In this document: in pieces, positions 1 to 14,560 of the stretch
How the letters are laid out: each line of letters opens with the position of its first letter
How positions within the stretch are numbered: position 1 is the first letter of the stretch
Assembly (NCBI RefSeq): GCF_009914755.1
Contig: NC_060930.1
Length of the DNA: 64,000 nt
Strand: one strand, 5' to 3'
Source: the human T2T-CHM13v2.0 reference genome, Homo sapiens
Position numbers and translations under genes: made by a program
The notes under the pieces: generated by a model
Told to the model about the DNA's origin: nothing
Seen by the model: the letters and a program-made list of their open reading frames with translations, nothing else
Databases searched by the model: none

Positions 1-380
1 CCCCACTCCTGGTACCAATTTACTGTATTAGTCTGTTCTCATGTTGCTAATAAAGACATACCTGAGACTGGGTAATTTATAAAGGAAAGAGATTTAATGG
101 ACTCATAGTTCCACATGGTGAGGAAGGCCTTACAATCATGGCAGAAGGCAAAGGAGAAGCAAAGGCACATCTTACATGGTGGCAGGCAAGAGAGAGCTTG
201 TGCAGGGGAACTCCCATTTATAAAACCATCAGATATCATGAGACTTATTCATTACCATGAGAACAGTATGGGAGAATTGCCCCCATGATTCAATTATCTC
301 CAACTGTCCCTGCCCTTGACATGTGGGGATTATTACAATTCAAGGTGAGATTTGGGTGGGGACACAGCCAAACTGTATCA
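1..380 (-). mobile_element. THE1 (MaLR) 5' LTR (24-380) plus start of THE1-internal sequence (1-23); element continues left of the window
   Basis: Reverse complement runs TGATACAGTTTGGCTGTGTCCCCACCCAAATCTCA...AGAACAGACTAATACA, then GTAAATTGGTACCAGGAGTGGGG, the typical THE1 LTR/internal junction. Confidence 0.9.
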
Positions 381-389
381 CAGGACAAT

Positions 390-590
390 TAGGGAAATCT
401 GAATATGGCTTATATATAAGATATATAATATATAGACAATAATAGTGTTGGATCAATGTTCAACTACCCCAGTATGATAATTGTATTAAGGTTATAAAGA
501 AGAATGCTTTTTTCTTACTAGATGCATGCTAAATTATTGAGAAATGAAGTATTATAATGTATTCAACTGACTCTCCAGTAATTCAGCAAT
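390..590 (+). mobile_element. Old L1 (L1MC/L1ME-type) 3' end fragment
   Basis: Diverged similarity to the L1M 3' UTR (ggaaatctgaatatgg...gataattgtatt...agaatgc...atgcatgctaaattatt). Confidence 0.5.
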
Positions 591-1529
591 ATCTATATAT
601 CTGTAATATCAATATCAATATCTATACAATATATTAATGTCTATTTCTCTTTATATTTAGAGAGCAAGAAAGCAAATCTTCAAATTTACCAACATAAGTT
701 TCAAGATGTGATCAAAGTAGAAAAAAATTTCAATAATTACATTAAGCAAACACATTATTAAATAATTTAATCAATTTAGTAATTATTAAATTATTATTAA
801 ATAAAATTATTTTAAGAGCTACATTAAAACCAATCACAGAGCAGTATTAATTTTTGAGGATTATTATTGTCTATTTCCAGCCGAATAATGAATCATCAGG
901 ACTAATGATATTAATACCATAACATGCCTTATTTTACATCATGGAAGTCATCCAAATGGGCTGTGTGACAGATAGAGAAGTAAATATACTTTATTATTTA
1001 TGCAAATAAGTACTATTTGCTCATGCCAAAATACTGCCTTTATTAAAGAGGATAAAATAACTTCTTTAGATGGACTTTTTAAAAATTTCTTCCATATATC
1101 TATATCCTTCATGATGTCTTGGGTAGGAGTCTACAGGCAATATAGTGGAATTAAGGCCATAGGATGCACTACCTTGGCTCCTCACTTCCTTCTAGCCTTG
1201 AAAAGTGGAACAGTCACTAATTTACAAAATGTATGCTCTGTTCTTACTCTTAACAAGAGGGAGGGAGAGAGTCCCACAGGCAGCTCATGTAAGTTCTAGC
1301 TAAAAGGAGAATGCAGGTGGGAGCAGTATAAACAGGTGCCTCAAAAGTTGTCTCTTTCTGGGCAGTGTTGTTGTTATAGGTGCCCATCCATCTTGTACCA
1401 AGAGTACTACCCTGAGTACTAGATTACCAATTGTAGCTCAGGGGGCTACATGCAGTTTTTTTCCCTTTAATTTTAAGACGCTCTCCCCACTTAGTGGAAA
1501 ATATGCATTTTTGAGATGCATTTTGTCTT

Positions 1530-1642
1530 TGAGATAGAATCTGCCCCCACGACCCAAACACCTCCCACCAGGACCCACTCCAGCATTTTGGATTACAAGT
1601 CATCATGAGATTGGGGTAGGGACAAATATCCAAACTGTATCA
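1530..1642 (-). mobile_element. MST (MaLR) LTR fragment
   Basis: cccaaacacctcccaccagg...catgagattggggtagggacaaatatccaaactgtatca is the reverse complement of an MST LTR 5' end. Confidence 0.8.
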
Positions 1643-3684
1643 GATCCCATGTGTCCCTAATTTCTTTTCTGTGTTAGAAAGCAGTTTACTAATTTAGCTG
1701 TGCTGTGAAAAATCCCTGAGAGGTTGTAGCAGTTTTACTGCTCCACGCCATCTGCATATCTCATCAGATCACACTACATAATCTCTTTGGGAAAAAGGAT
1801 GATGGGGCAAGACCAAAAGGGCCAGGCTAAAAGATAAAGCCACCAAATAGCTTTACAGGGATGTCAGTTCAGCACACACATAGGAGCATCAGGCAATGGA
1901 AGTGACATTCCAAACAACATGTCTTTTTCCTCTCCACACATTAAAAATGCTTCTATTAATTGAAAGCAGATAAAAGGTGAAATAATACAATGCACAGTAA
2001 CTCATGTTAAAGCTTGCAGGTAAAAGACTGAATTCTTGTGTGAAATAAATGGCTTTCCACTTAATAAACTGGAGTTGTTCCAAGGACATCTTTTCATTTA
2101 CAGAGCAGGTGCAGATGAAGTTTTGAGAAAATTGTACAGTATTTTTAAAAATAAAACATTTAATTAACAAGCTTGAAAACAGTGGAGCACTTGAAGTGAA
2201 AAACAATTGTTTTATATCAAACAGTGCAAATCCAATTTGTGAATGCAACTGTATTGAAAAGCTTGAAAATATTAATGAATTGCTATGGGCTTTAAAAAAG
2301 AAGTTTTAATTTTCTTTCAAGGTTTTCCCTTGAGACAAGTTCTAAGTCAGAAAAGATGTTCAAATGAATGCAAAAAAAGTATATTCTATTTGAAGGTCCA
2401 AATGCTTATCTAAAAGAAACAAAGATGAAAAGGGTAGAATATTTATAAGCACTGAAAAATAAACCAAATTCAATCACATCTCTATATGTGGATCTTTTTG
2501 TTAAGGTGGTTTGGAATTGCAGTTTCTATCATGACTGTTTACTAACTTGTTCTTAGGATTTAAACACAACAAATTTTGAAAAATAATGTAATATTAAAGA
2601 TACATGCTGTTTCACAAGGGATTAAGCCATAAGGGATTTATGAAAGGATATATTAAAAAAAAGAATCTTGAGAAAGATACTGTTTCAAGATAAGACAACT
2701 TTGGTCAAAGGCTTAAATTTCTTTACATTAAATTTTCTCTAGAGTAATCCTTCCTGATTCCAGCGTTTTATAGCAAAAGATCTGGTAACAGCACATGCTG
2801 TCAGTCATACCAAATATTGCTCCAGGCCACAGTATTTGCTGGGCTCTCAGGTAATAGCTTCTTTAGTGACTTTGGTCAGGAACCCTGAGCCACATGACAG
2901 GTTTAGGTGTCCTGTAAGGCAAGCTGATAAATCCTCGTGATGACAGCCAGGTCTTTTGGCAGAGTGTTGAGAACTGACAGGCCACCAGTGCTCCTTTCCT
3001 TTGTGTCTTCTGTTTGGAAAAATGCAACAAATAAAAATCACTAAAGAGCTTCTGGTAAAGTCAGCCTGCACTGTGGGGACTTAATGAGATTAAAGAAAAA
3101 CTTGATTTATTTCTCTTTCTTGACAAGGGCTTGTTTCCCAGAAGTAATCCTGAAGCCACTAGAAGAAAATTAAATGTACCCAGGATGATGTTCTCCAAGG
3201 TACTCACAGAAAAAGTCAGAACAGTGCTCACCATCTACAGAATCCTGGTTATTCTTTAGTCTACAACCTTTCTAATAGCTATTTTCCCCATATCTTCATA
3301 TTATCAAATAGGTTAAAAACAGATAATTGTTGAATAAGAGTGATGCTCTAATTTTCCTTTTATAAAAATGAAAGAATCTTGATGCCATATGCTTAATTTT
3401 TCATGTCTTAAATTTTTATACCTGGACTCTTAGTGTATTAATTTTTGTTTAGAAAGAGAAAACAAATAACCAAAGCGGGAAAAACAAGGCAATGAATAGA
3501 AAATAGAAACACTAACCAGCTTACTACAAAGCACATTGGCCTTCCGTGTTATTAAATTACATTAGTTAATGCTCACACTTAAAAAGTGCTCAGTTTTCTT
3601 AAATGTGTGCTGCTATTACTGCTTTAAATAAATTCCTCATTAAGCTGCTCAGTTTCTCTTCCCTTGTGTTTCAGGTGGGTTTAA

Positions 3685-3804
3685 TTTTTTTTTTTCTAGA
3701 CTAGTCAAGTGCAGTAGTGAGAAAGGGGGAAAGAGTAGAACAAGGAGTTTGATCTGTAACTGACTGTGAACAATTAGTTGAGATAACACTGTCTTCGAAC
3801 CAGC
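3685..3804 (-). pseudogene. Y1 RNA (RNY1-derived) retropseudogene with poly(A) tail
   Basis: Reverse complement GCTGGTTCGAAGACAGTGTTATCTCAACTAATTGTTCACAGTCAGTTACAGATCAAACTCCTTGTTCTACTCTTTCCCCCTTTCTCACTACTGCACTTGACTAGTCT matches near full-length hY1 RNA; T-run at 3685-3695 is the tail. Confidence 0.93.
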
Positions 3805-4474
3805 TGCATTTTTTTGTTTCTCTATCATTTTGCCTTCTGATACCTTGCTTCTTTTCATTCAGACCATTTGCTTAATTATTTAACCTTCTTAATTCTTACC
3901 CTCTTCCACTCTTCTCAATCAGCCTTTCATCTTTTTAGGTGTCCTATCATATCTTATTCTTTCTTACTGAACTTTTATTGGTGAAACTGTTATATATTAA
4001 CTGAAGCCACAGAGATTAAAGATAATTTCTACTTCCTTAAAAACCACAATATTTATTTTTTATTTTGTTATATCATCAGAGGTAATGCAATACAAATATT
4101 ACCAGTTTATGGTTTCATGTAGTATTTTTAAGTTCTTGCTAGAATGTTATTTGCCATGTAGAAGAACCAGAGGCTTTTAGAAATTGTAGCAACTCTTAAC
4201 CAGAAATTAGAGGAGAGACTTTATAAACTAGTCTCCTGATAGACCCCACATCAGCAGGACTTTTACTAATGTTAGAGAATATAATGGAGGTTTGCCTGTG
4301 ACATCTGGCAGAACTTTCATTCCTAGGGTTGATTTGGCTAAATCATTCCAGGCTAAGGGCGCCATTGAAAAGGACAATATTTAAAGATAGAGGAAAGAAG
4401 CATTTTGATCAAACACATGTATAGGGGAATGTTGGAAAAGAATTTTGACAGGAATAATAGAAAATCATAGTAAA

Positions 4475-4600
4475 TATATGTAACGTTGACAAAATTACTT
4501 AACCTCCTTATGCTCCAATTTCCTTACCTACAAAATTGGAAAGGTAATAGTAATATTTGTCTCGTAAGATTATTGTGATAATTAAATGAGTTGTTATATA
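4475..4600 (+). mobile_element. MIR fragment
   Basis: Diverged MIR core (ttacttaacctc...tttccttacctacaaaattgg...attaaatgag). Confidence 0.65.
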
Positions 4601-4704
4601 TTAGTGAAATATTTAGGTAAGTGGAACTTATTGTTAAATGTTAAAATAATGACAAGTTCCACCATCATACCTTTCTTTGTGGCTGAGTTACAATACATAT
4701 GTAT

Positions 4705-5895
<1,191 letters not shown>

Positions 5896-6104
5896 GTTAT
5901 AATACATAAATAACAGTGATACCCTCAGACACCTATGAAATAGGTGAAAATATATACTCATGCTTTAAGTGACTCTAGGTCATTGTGGTTTCTTGATTTT
6001 ATTCGACTCTCTTCAGTTGTAGATGTCATTTTTTGTTGCTGTTAGTCGGTATTCTCTTCCTGCTTCTGATATACTGCTGTATGTTGCATTCATTCACTCT
6101 ATAG

Positions 6105-6965
6105 ACCAACACCATCTAATAGCCAAATATGTAATTTATAATTTCCAGTAGTCACATTAAACAAAGTAAAGAGAAATAGGTGAAATTATCTTTAATAATA
6201 TATTTTCTATAACACAATGTATCCAAAATGCTATCATTTCAACAGGTAATCAATATACAAATATTAATGATGTATTTTATATTATTTTTTAAATTCCAAG
6301 TCTTTGAAATCTGGTGTGTATTTAACTTTTGCAACACAACTCAATTGGAATGCTAAATTTTTGATAGATACGTGCTATTTATTTAGATTTCATAAAATTT
6401 ACAGTTGAAAAAGTGGATTCATGTACCCAAATTGTTTTGAGACTATTTAAAAGTTTCTCAACAAGTGAATTGAATAGCAGTGTATTAGTCCATTTTTATA
6501 CTGCTATGAAAAAATACCCAACACTGGGTAATTTATAAAGAACATGAGGTTTAATGGACTCCCAGTTCCACAAAGCTGGGGAGGCCTCACAATCACAATC
6601 ATGGTGGAAGGTGAAGGTGGAGCAAAGGCACGTTTTATGTGGTGGCAGGAAAGAGAACGTGTGCAGGGAAACTACCCATTATAAAACCATCAGATCTTGT
6701 AAGATTTATTCATTATCACCAGAATAGCATGGGAAAAAACCGCCCCCATGATTCAATTACCTCCCATAAAGTCCCTCCCATGACACATGGGGATTATGGG
6801 AGCTACAATTCATGATGAGATTTGGGTGGGAACAGCCAAACAATAGCAAGCAGTTTTTAAATTAAAATTAAATTAAAATAAAACAAAATAAAAATTCAGA
6901 TCCTTAGTCTCACTGGCCACATTTCAAGTGCTCAGTAGCCACATGTGGTATGGCTGTCACACTGG
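6105..6965. mobile_element. hAT-Charlie1 family DNA transposon (MER33/Charlie1-like), split by THE1
   Basis: atatgtaatttataatttccagtagtcacattaa...gtctttgaaatctggtgtg and terminal cacatttcaagtgctcagtagccacatgtgg. Confidence 0.75.
6481..6848 (-). mobile_element. THE1 solo LTR
   Basis: tgtattagtccatttt...gagatttgggtgggaacagccaaacaatagca; 5-bp TSD AGCAG at 6476-6480 and 6849-6853. Confidence 0.93.
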
Positions 6966-8171
6966 TAAATACTTCTTACTGAATACCTATGATGTATAAA
7001 AAGGCCTTAGGTAGAGATAAGTTAAAGACATACTGCCCCTCCCCTCTTCAAGAATGGAGGAGTTGAGAGAGGTACAAAATATAGCAATGGTGTGAGAGTA
7101 GTTATTTGTCTCTTCCTATAGACTAATGTGACTTTATGGCTAAAAGACCTCTTTTTGTGATTCATTTTGAGTTAGTGTCTATAACTGAGATCACTGAGGT
7201 TGCTGACAGTCTGACTTCTCCATAGGTGAGGCATTATTTTGTATTTGTCACATATTAGGGTTGTGCATGATTGTTGTAATGCTTTTCATGATCAAATAAA
7301 GCACTTTGCATTTAAACTGTGGCTTTGATCAACTAGCTCCATATTTCCCCATGTGGAATCAGATTTTCTAATGTTAAAATGTACACCTTTCTCAATTATT
7401 CGAGCTCCCTGTCCATATTATTGTTAACCTCAGATTTCTGTCTCATTTCATCCCTTCAAGTAACTAGCTTTTTCTCATTATTTTCTGCTTATTGAGCCCA
7501 ATGTTGCACAGAAAAGTTGATTTGTTAATTAGTTTAATCACCCCTTCTCATAATGGCAGGGTAAGATTGGCGGAGGAAGCTTGTTATCAGTCTGTGCTAC
7601 TGGTAAGCAGTAATTACAGATAATGATGCTTTTGTCTTGCGGCATTCTGAAGATTGTCTTGAACTCCCCCTCGTTGAATTAGCAAATGGACTGTCATGTT
7701 GAATTCTCCTCTGGTTTCTTCCCCCAACTCGTCCTCTACCCGCCACCAATGAAACAAAATTACAGCTTGTTAGGTGGAAGCTCATTTGAAGTCTCAATTT
7801 TCTTGAGTATTCAGCTCTCATGGGGAAGTGCCAGGTGCTCAGTCATGGCCACAGCACTTGCCTTTGGCTTAAGATTCCTACTCAACTGGCATCCTACAAA
7901 TCTTTGATTTTTCTTTTGCTTGAAGAGGCAGTGGTTGTCTTGACAGCAGAGTTAAAGCTCTGTCCTTGTACTTTGATGCGCATTGTGGTACAATCTAATA
8001 ATCAAAGTCATTTGTCAAGAAATAGGGTGTTCACACTTTTCTCTGAAGAGATTGGAATAAACAACAGATTTTATGTGGATGTAAGCCAGAAAGGGCAGTC
8101 ACTACCACTTTAAAAATGTGCCTGAAAAGTATAGCCCAGAGTAGGTTTTAACTAAGACTGTATCTTTATAT

Positions 8172-8390
8172 CAGGAGTTCTCAACCTGGGACAATTTTTA
8201 TTCCCAGGAGATGTTTGGCAATGTCTGGTGACATTTGTGGTTTTCATGACTGATGAGGGGAGGGATAGCTGGCATCTAGTAAGTAGAGGTCAGGGATGCT
8301 GCTTAACATCCTACAATGCACAGGACAGTCCTCCACAATAAAGAATTATCTGACTCACAGATGGCAATAGTGCTGAGGCTGAGAAACTCT
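8172..8390. mobile_element. MER20 (hAT-Charlie)
   Basis: gttctcaacctggg...tttggcaatgtctgg...ggcatctagt...gatgctgct...atcctacaatgcacaggacag...aagaattatctg...gagaaactct. Confidence 0.9.
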
Positions 8391-10473
8391 ACCTCATATG
8401 ATTATGAAGGGAGCCCTGTGGTATATTTGATTCCCACTCCCAGCAGTCAATTATTTATATGATTTGGGGGAATAATTGATTGAGTAGGAAAATTGGAATA
8501 AATTGCTAAGGGGATGAATTTTCCATGTCCTGCTGTGGGGACTCCTATGGATAATAGATAAGGAATAAAAATAGAGATTAAAAACCCTTGTCCTCATAAT
8601 TACAGCAGAAACTTATTTTTTACTGTTGCATGAGTGTAATAGAAGCAATATGCTAAACTCTGACATGTTTCTGAATTACTGACAAATTCTCTAACAGAAC
8701 CACATTCTTTTACCAGCAGGGAGAAATTACATGGTCCATGAATGTTATAATCACATGTATTTTAGCCAAAGCCTGCTTGCTTCTTTCATATCTTGAGGTT
8801 AGACTCCATTTTTAGAAAATCCTGATGTTGTAGTCTTGACACCAAACCCAGTCTTCTCAGAGCAACTTGGTGAGGCTCAGACATTAATTTATCTAATCAA
8901 AGTAGAGTTTGTTTGAATAGACACAATTTCTAGTAGTCTTAGACTGAGATGGATCTAGAGTTTAAGCTAGGATCACCTTGAAGCTGACAGTCCATTCTTT
9001 CTAGTATGTTTTGGATAGCATGCCCTAAATACCAATTTATTCTTGACACAGCCTGGCATGTGAAAATGGGGTGACATATTTTAACATATTTATATCTCCA
9101 TAGGTCAAGAAGAGAACAATGATAACTCTATAAAGAAGACATTTCTAACATTTAGAAGTCTCTCTCAAAAATGGTGAATTTTCTTTCTCTCACTGGGAAT
9201 TTTTTGGTAGAGGCCGTATGACCACATACAGATATTATTGCATTGAGTTGAAAATTGGTTTTGACGATTTCTGAGGTCCTTTGTAATTCTGAGTTTCTCT
9301 GATTTAATGATTCTGCAAATTTACCCTTAAGAACCTACAATTTTGCAGCCTCTCCATCCCCAATTCCCCATTCTTCCATGTGCATTTCTGAATACTCATT
9401 ATCGTCTCTGTAATCCCCCAAAAGAAACCACTACTGGCATCTTTTCTGTACCTTGCACATGCCATGCTTTTTCAGTCTCCCACTCCTGGAATGTCTTCTG
9501 CTTTTCCTTCAAGGTTTAGCTCCAACACTACCTTTCATGAAGTCCTTTCCTATTGCTCTACCCTAAAATGTTTGCCTCCTTTTCTTATTTCTCTCACATT
9601 TGTCATCTGGGTTATATTCATAGGGGGTTATAATCACAGGGAATGTGTCCATGTTTTCATAAATGCACCAGCAGAAGACAAATGGATTTCTATTGTAATT
9701 TATCTGTTTCTATGTTTACTTCTTATTCAGGAGTCCTTTATCTCTTCATAATTAGTGACATTAAGACCATTTAGCACTTGGTTATATGTTGCCTTTCTTA
9801 TTTTCTTGCCTCTTCAACTAGACTAAGTTTTTGGAGTCATACATTTGTGTTGGTTCTTCTGTGTGTCTTTTACAGTGCTGAGGTTGTAGTAAGAAGGTAA
9901 TAAAACACTGCTAAATTAAATGAAAGACAGTGGAACCAAGTAGCTCCACATGGTAAGCATGATATGCCAGTGATTCCACAGAATAGGGTTTTCTGCTAGA
10001 ATAGTATATGCCAGGCTGCTTTTCAGATGGTCTGTTCCTTTGTATGAATAATTCTGGGGAAAGTCATGTTTTAGTTTTCTCTTTCATTGTCTTCTAAGAG
10101 CAGAATAGGAGCAATAGAGAGAGAAGAATAGAAATGGCTTAGAAAGAAAAGAACAGGGCTGCCATTTTTTTCTGAATTATAGCAACTTCCCCTTACTATT
10201 TCTTTCGAAAAAATATATAACAATTTCAAAATGTCAGCCTCTACCTCATTTTTCTTGCCTCTGTCTTTTGATATTTTCAGAGCTAGAACAAATGATGCCT
10301 CAGTTTTATGCTGAATCTTAAGCACTGGAGCCTGTTCTTTGAGAGACAAGGGATGTGTGTCAACATTGGTCCCAGAATCTTCTGCAGCTTAGAACTAGGT
10401 TACTTTCCTGGATTTTGGATTCGGTGACTGTTTTGCTATCTTCATTCTTTCTTTCAGAGTCAACTTCAGCTGA

Positions 10474-10908
<435 letters not shown>

Positions 10909-10961
10909 TAGTCCTGTGTAAATACAATAGCAATTAAGAATAAATAACAATTAAGCTTCTT

Positions 10962-12527
10962 TATTTATTTATTTATTTTTTCTACTTTAATTTTTTTTTT
11001 TTTTAATTGATCATTCTTGGGTGTTTCTCGCAGAGGGGGATTTGGCAGGGTCATAGGACAATAGTGGAGGGAAGGTCAGCAGATAAACAAGTGAACAAAG
11101 GTCTCTGGTTTTCCTAGGCAGAGGACCCTGCGGCCTTCCGCAGTGTTTGTGTCCCTGGGTACTTGAGATTAGGGAGTGGTGATGACTCTTAACGAGCATG
11201 CTGCCTTCAAGCATCTGTTTAACAAAGCACATCTTGCACTGCCCTTAATCCATTTAACCCTGAGTGGACACAGCACATGTTTCAAAGAGCACAGGGTTGG
11301 GAGTAAGGTCATAGATCAACAGGATCCCAAGGCAGAAGAATTTTTCTTAGTACAGAACAAAATGAAAAGTCTCCCATGTCTACTTCTTTCTACACAGACA
11401 CAGCAACCATCCGATTTCTCAATCTTTTCCCCACCTTTCCCCCTTTTCTATTCCACTAAACCGCCATTGTCATCATGGCCCGGTCTCAATGAGCTGTTGG
11501 GTACACCTCCCAGACGGGGTGGTGGCCGGGCAGAGGGGCTCCTCACTTCCCAGAAGGGGCGGCCGGGCAGAGGCGCCCCCCACCTCCCGGACGGGGCGGC
11601 TGGCCTGGCGGAGGCTCCCCCCACCTCCCTCCCGGACGGGGCGGCTGGCCGGGCGGGGGCTGACCCCCACCTCCCTCCCGGACGGGGCGGCTGCCGGGCG
11701 GAGACGCTCCTCACTTCCCAGACGGGGTGGCTGCCGGGCGGAGGGGCTCCTCACTTCTCAGACGGGGCGGCCGCCGGGCAGAGGGGCTCCTCACTTCTCA
11801 GATGGGGTGGCCGGGCAGAGACGCTCCTCACCTCCCAGACGGGGTCGCGGCCGGGCAGAGGCGCTCCTCACATCCCAGACGGGGCAGCGGGGCAGAGGCT
11901 CTCCCCACATCTCAGACGATGGGCGGCCGGGCAGAGACACTCCTCACTTCCTAGATGGGATGGTGGCCAGGAAGAGGCGCTCCTCACTTCCCAGACTGGG
12001 CGGCCGGGCAGAGGGGCTCCTCACATCCCAGACGATGGGCGGCCAGGCAGAGAGGCTCCTCACTTCCCAGACGGGGTGGCGGCCGGGCAGAGGCTGCAAT
12101 CTCAGCACTTTGGGAGGCCAAGGCAGGCGGCTGGGAGGTGGAGGTTGTAGCGAGCCGAGATCACGCCACTGCACTCCAGTCTGGGCACCATTGAGCACTG
12201 AGTGGACGAGACTCCATCTGCAATCCTGGCACCTCGGGAGGCCGAGGCTGGCGGATCACTCACGGTTAGGTGCTGGAGACCAGCCCGGCCAACACAGTGA
12301 AACCCCGTCTCCACCAAAAAAAATACGAAAACCAGTCAGGCGTGGCGGCACGTGCCTGCAATCACAGGCACTCGGCAGGCTGAGGCAGGAGAATCAGGCA
12401 GGGAGGTTGCAGTGAGCCGAGATGGCAGCAGTACAGTCCAGCTTCGGCTGGGCATCAGAGGGAGACCGTGGAAAGAGAGGGAGAGGGAGACCGTGGGGAG
12501 AGGGGGAGGGGGAGGGGGAGGGGGAGC
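10962..12527 (-). mobile_element. SVA retrotransposon, full length (hexamer, Alu-like, VNTR, SINE-R, A-tail)
   Basis: SINE-R end ttgatcattcttgggtgtttctcgcagaggggg at 11007; GC-rich VNTR about 11500-12090; Alu-like domain about 12090-12470; hexamers 12475-12526; 14-bp TSD CAATTAAGCTTCTT at 10948-10961 and 12528-12541. Confidence 0.98.
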
Positions 12528-13349
12528 CAATTAAGCTTCTTACGTGAAAGTAACTTCTGTGTACTTCTGTGTTAAACAATATACATATTCATAGACTAGT
12601 AATCTATACTTAGGTATAGAAAATAAGAGTCAACCTTACAGCAAAAATGCAAGAAAAAAAACCTCTCAAAGTCAACTTAATGCCTCGAAGAAGACCAGAC
12701 GCTCTCTTTGGTTTTGATCCCTTTGTTGCTCTGATATAGAAATGAAGTACCAAACACTAAATATTTCTCTTTCAGCAGGTCCTAAAACTAAGAGTTTCTC
12801 TGTGTAGGTAATTTTAGCACCCTAAATATTGACCTCTTAATCTTTCAATTTACATTCATCTAGCACTTTCTGTTGGTGGTGTCTACTCTATGCCAGCCCC
12901 TCCTCCTTCTTCTAGAACCCTCATAGGTTTACTATTGACCTAGAATTTTTTTCTTTCCTCTTGAGAAAGGGCCATGTTTTTTTCTTTGTGAATCTTTATA
13001 TGTGAAAATTAAAACACATAACTAATATTTACTGACAGATTAGAACAGTAGTTTTCCATGGATAATGATTTCTATGGACAAGCATGTGTTAGAAAAGAAT
13101 ATTAGGAAAGTTAAATTCAGTTAAGTCAAATGTTTATATCCTGTTTTTTCCAAACATTATATTTGCTGAGTGGGACACAGAAGTTAACAGAAACAAATGA
13201 AAGTAATTCCTTCTATCTATTGAAGAAATTTATATAACTGGAAAAATTATATAGAATTTTTCTAACTTCTATCTTCCAAATATCTCTTTTCTCTGTCTGC
13301 CCAGACATTACTTTAGTCAAGGTCTCATAATTTCTATCCTGGACTGACC

Positions 13350-14020
13350 ATTATTAAGTCTAGAGATATAATGTATAGCATGAGGATTATAATTCATTAT
13401 CTTGTGTTGTATACTAAAATTTACTGAAAGAGTAGATGTCAGGTACTCTTACTATACACACACAAAAAGGATAACTGTGGAAGGCGATATAGTTTCAATG
13501 TGTGTCCCTGCCCAAATCTCATGTTGAAATGTAATCCTCACTGTTGAAGGTGGGGCCTGGTGGGAGTTGATTGGATCATAGGGGCAGATTTCTTGTGAAT
13601 GGTTTAGTACTGTCCCCTTGGTACTGTCCTCATGATAGTGAGTGAGTTCTTGTGATATCTGGTCATTTAAAAATGTGTGGCACCTTCCCCCTCTCTCTTT
13701 CTTGCTTTTCCTTCTGCCATGTGAGACACCTGCTCCCCCTTCACCTTCCACCATCATTGGAAGCTTCCTGAGGCATCCCCAGAAGCTGATGCCTGTGTTA
13801 TGCTTCCTGTAGAGCCTGCAGAACCATGAGCCAATTAAATATTTTCTTTATAATTACCTAGTCTCAGGTACGCCTTTATAGCAATATAAGAGCGAACTAA
13901 TACAGAAGGTGATGGATACGTTAATTTGACTTTAGTGCTTATTTCACTATGTATATGAGTATCAAAACATTATGTTATACGCTTTGTATATAGAAAATAA
14001 AAAATAAATTAAAAAATTAA
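13350..14020 (+). mobile_element. L1MA/L1MB 3' end, split by MST LTR
   Basis: tctagagatataatgtatagcatg...gaaagagtagat...aactgtggaagg / tgatggatacgttaatt...atttcactatgtatatg, then an A-rich tail. Confidence 0.75.
13485..13904 (+). mobile_element. MSTA-like solo LTR
   Basis: cgatatagtttc...cccaaatctcatgttgaaatgtaatcc...gaactaataca; 5-bp TSD GAAGG at 13480-13484 and 13905-13909. Confidence 0.92.
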
Positions 14021-14059
14021 TCTATCAATTGCTTATTTTATTTTCATTCTGGTTTCACT

Positions 14060-14560
14060 GAAATCTATCCTTAAACTACCATCAGAGAGATCTTTCTAAA
14101 ATGCAAATCTCATCATCTATTTGCAGAATTCCCCAGTGGCTCTTCAGTGCCTAAAGTGTAAATCTGAGTCTTCTCAGCCTGGTAGACCAAGCTTTTTGTG
14201 AATTTTTTCAACTTTATTTCTAGCCACTATCCCCAGTGCTCTTCCTGCCCCCGACATATGTAACTTCTTACTGCCGTGCATAACTACCCATACCTCTCTG
14301 CATTTGCACATTTTGTCCCTCTGACTAGGTGCCCTTCATCAAGCCCATGTCTAACTGTTGGGTTCTAATTTATCTCCCAGGTCTTGGCCCAAGGTAGGTC
14401 TTCTGGAGATTCCTCCATCCTCCCATCCTTCAGAAAGAGCTGGGTGATGCCACACTTCACCTATCACTCCATGTGATAACATTGTGTCTATGGGAGTAAT
14501 GATACTATCTACCTCATAATATAGTTGTACACTATTTGTAAACCTGTCAGTGAATATCAG
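14060..14560. mobile_element. L2 relic
   Basis: gatctttctaaaatgcaaatct...ccccagtggctc...tgcatttgcacat, typical L2 3' region. Confidence 0.55.

Noticed and set aside
1000-3071. Short ORFs in unique DNA (1000-1299, 1889-2248, 2847-3071)
   Set aside because: No recognisable domain or convincing splice structure; lengths are within chance expectation.
11500-12090. Array of ~40-bp repeats superficially like a CRISPR array
   Set aside because: It is the SVA VNTR: degenerate tandem units, no unique spacers, no cas genes, primate context.
11176-12415. Long overlapping ORFs of 324 aa and 308 aa
   Set aside because: They are antisense to the SVA. The GC-rich VNTR lacks stop codons and gives repetitive peptides (GAPHLPDG, LLTSQTG), a known SVA artefact.
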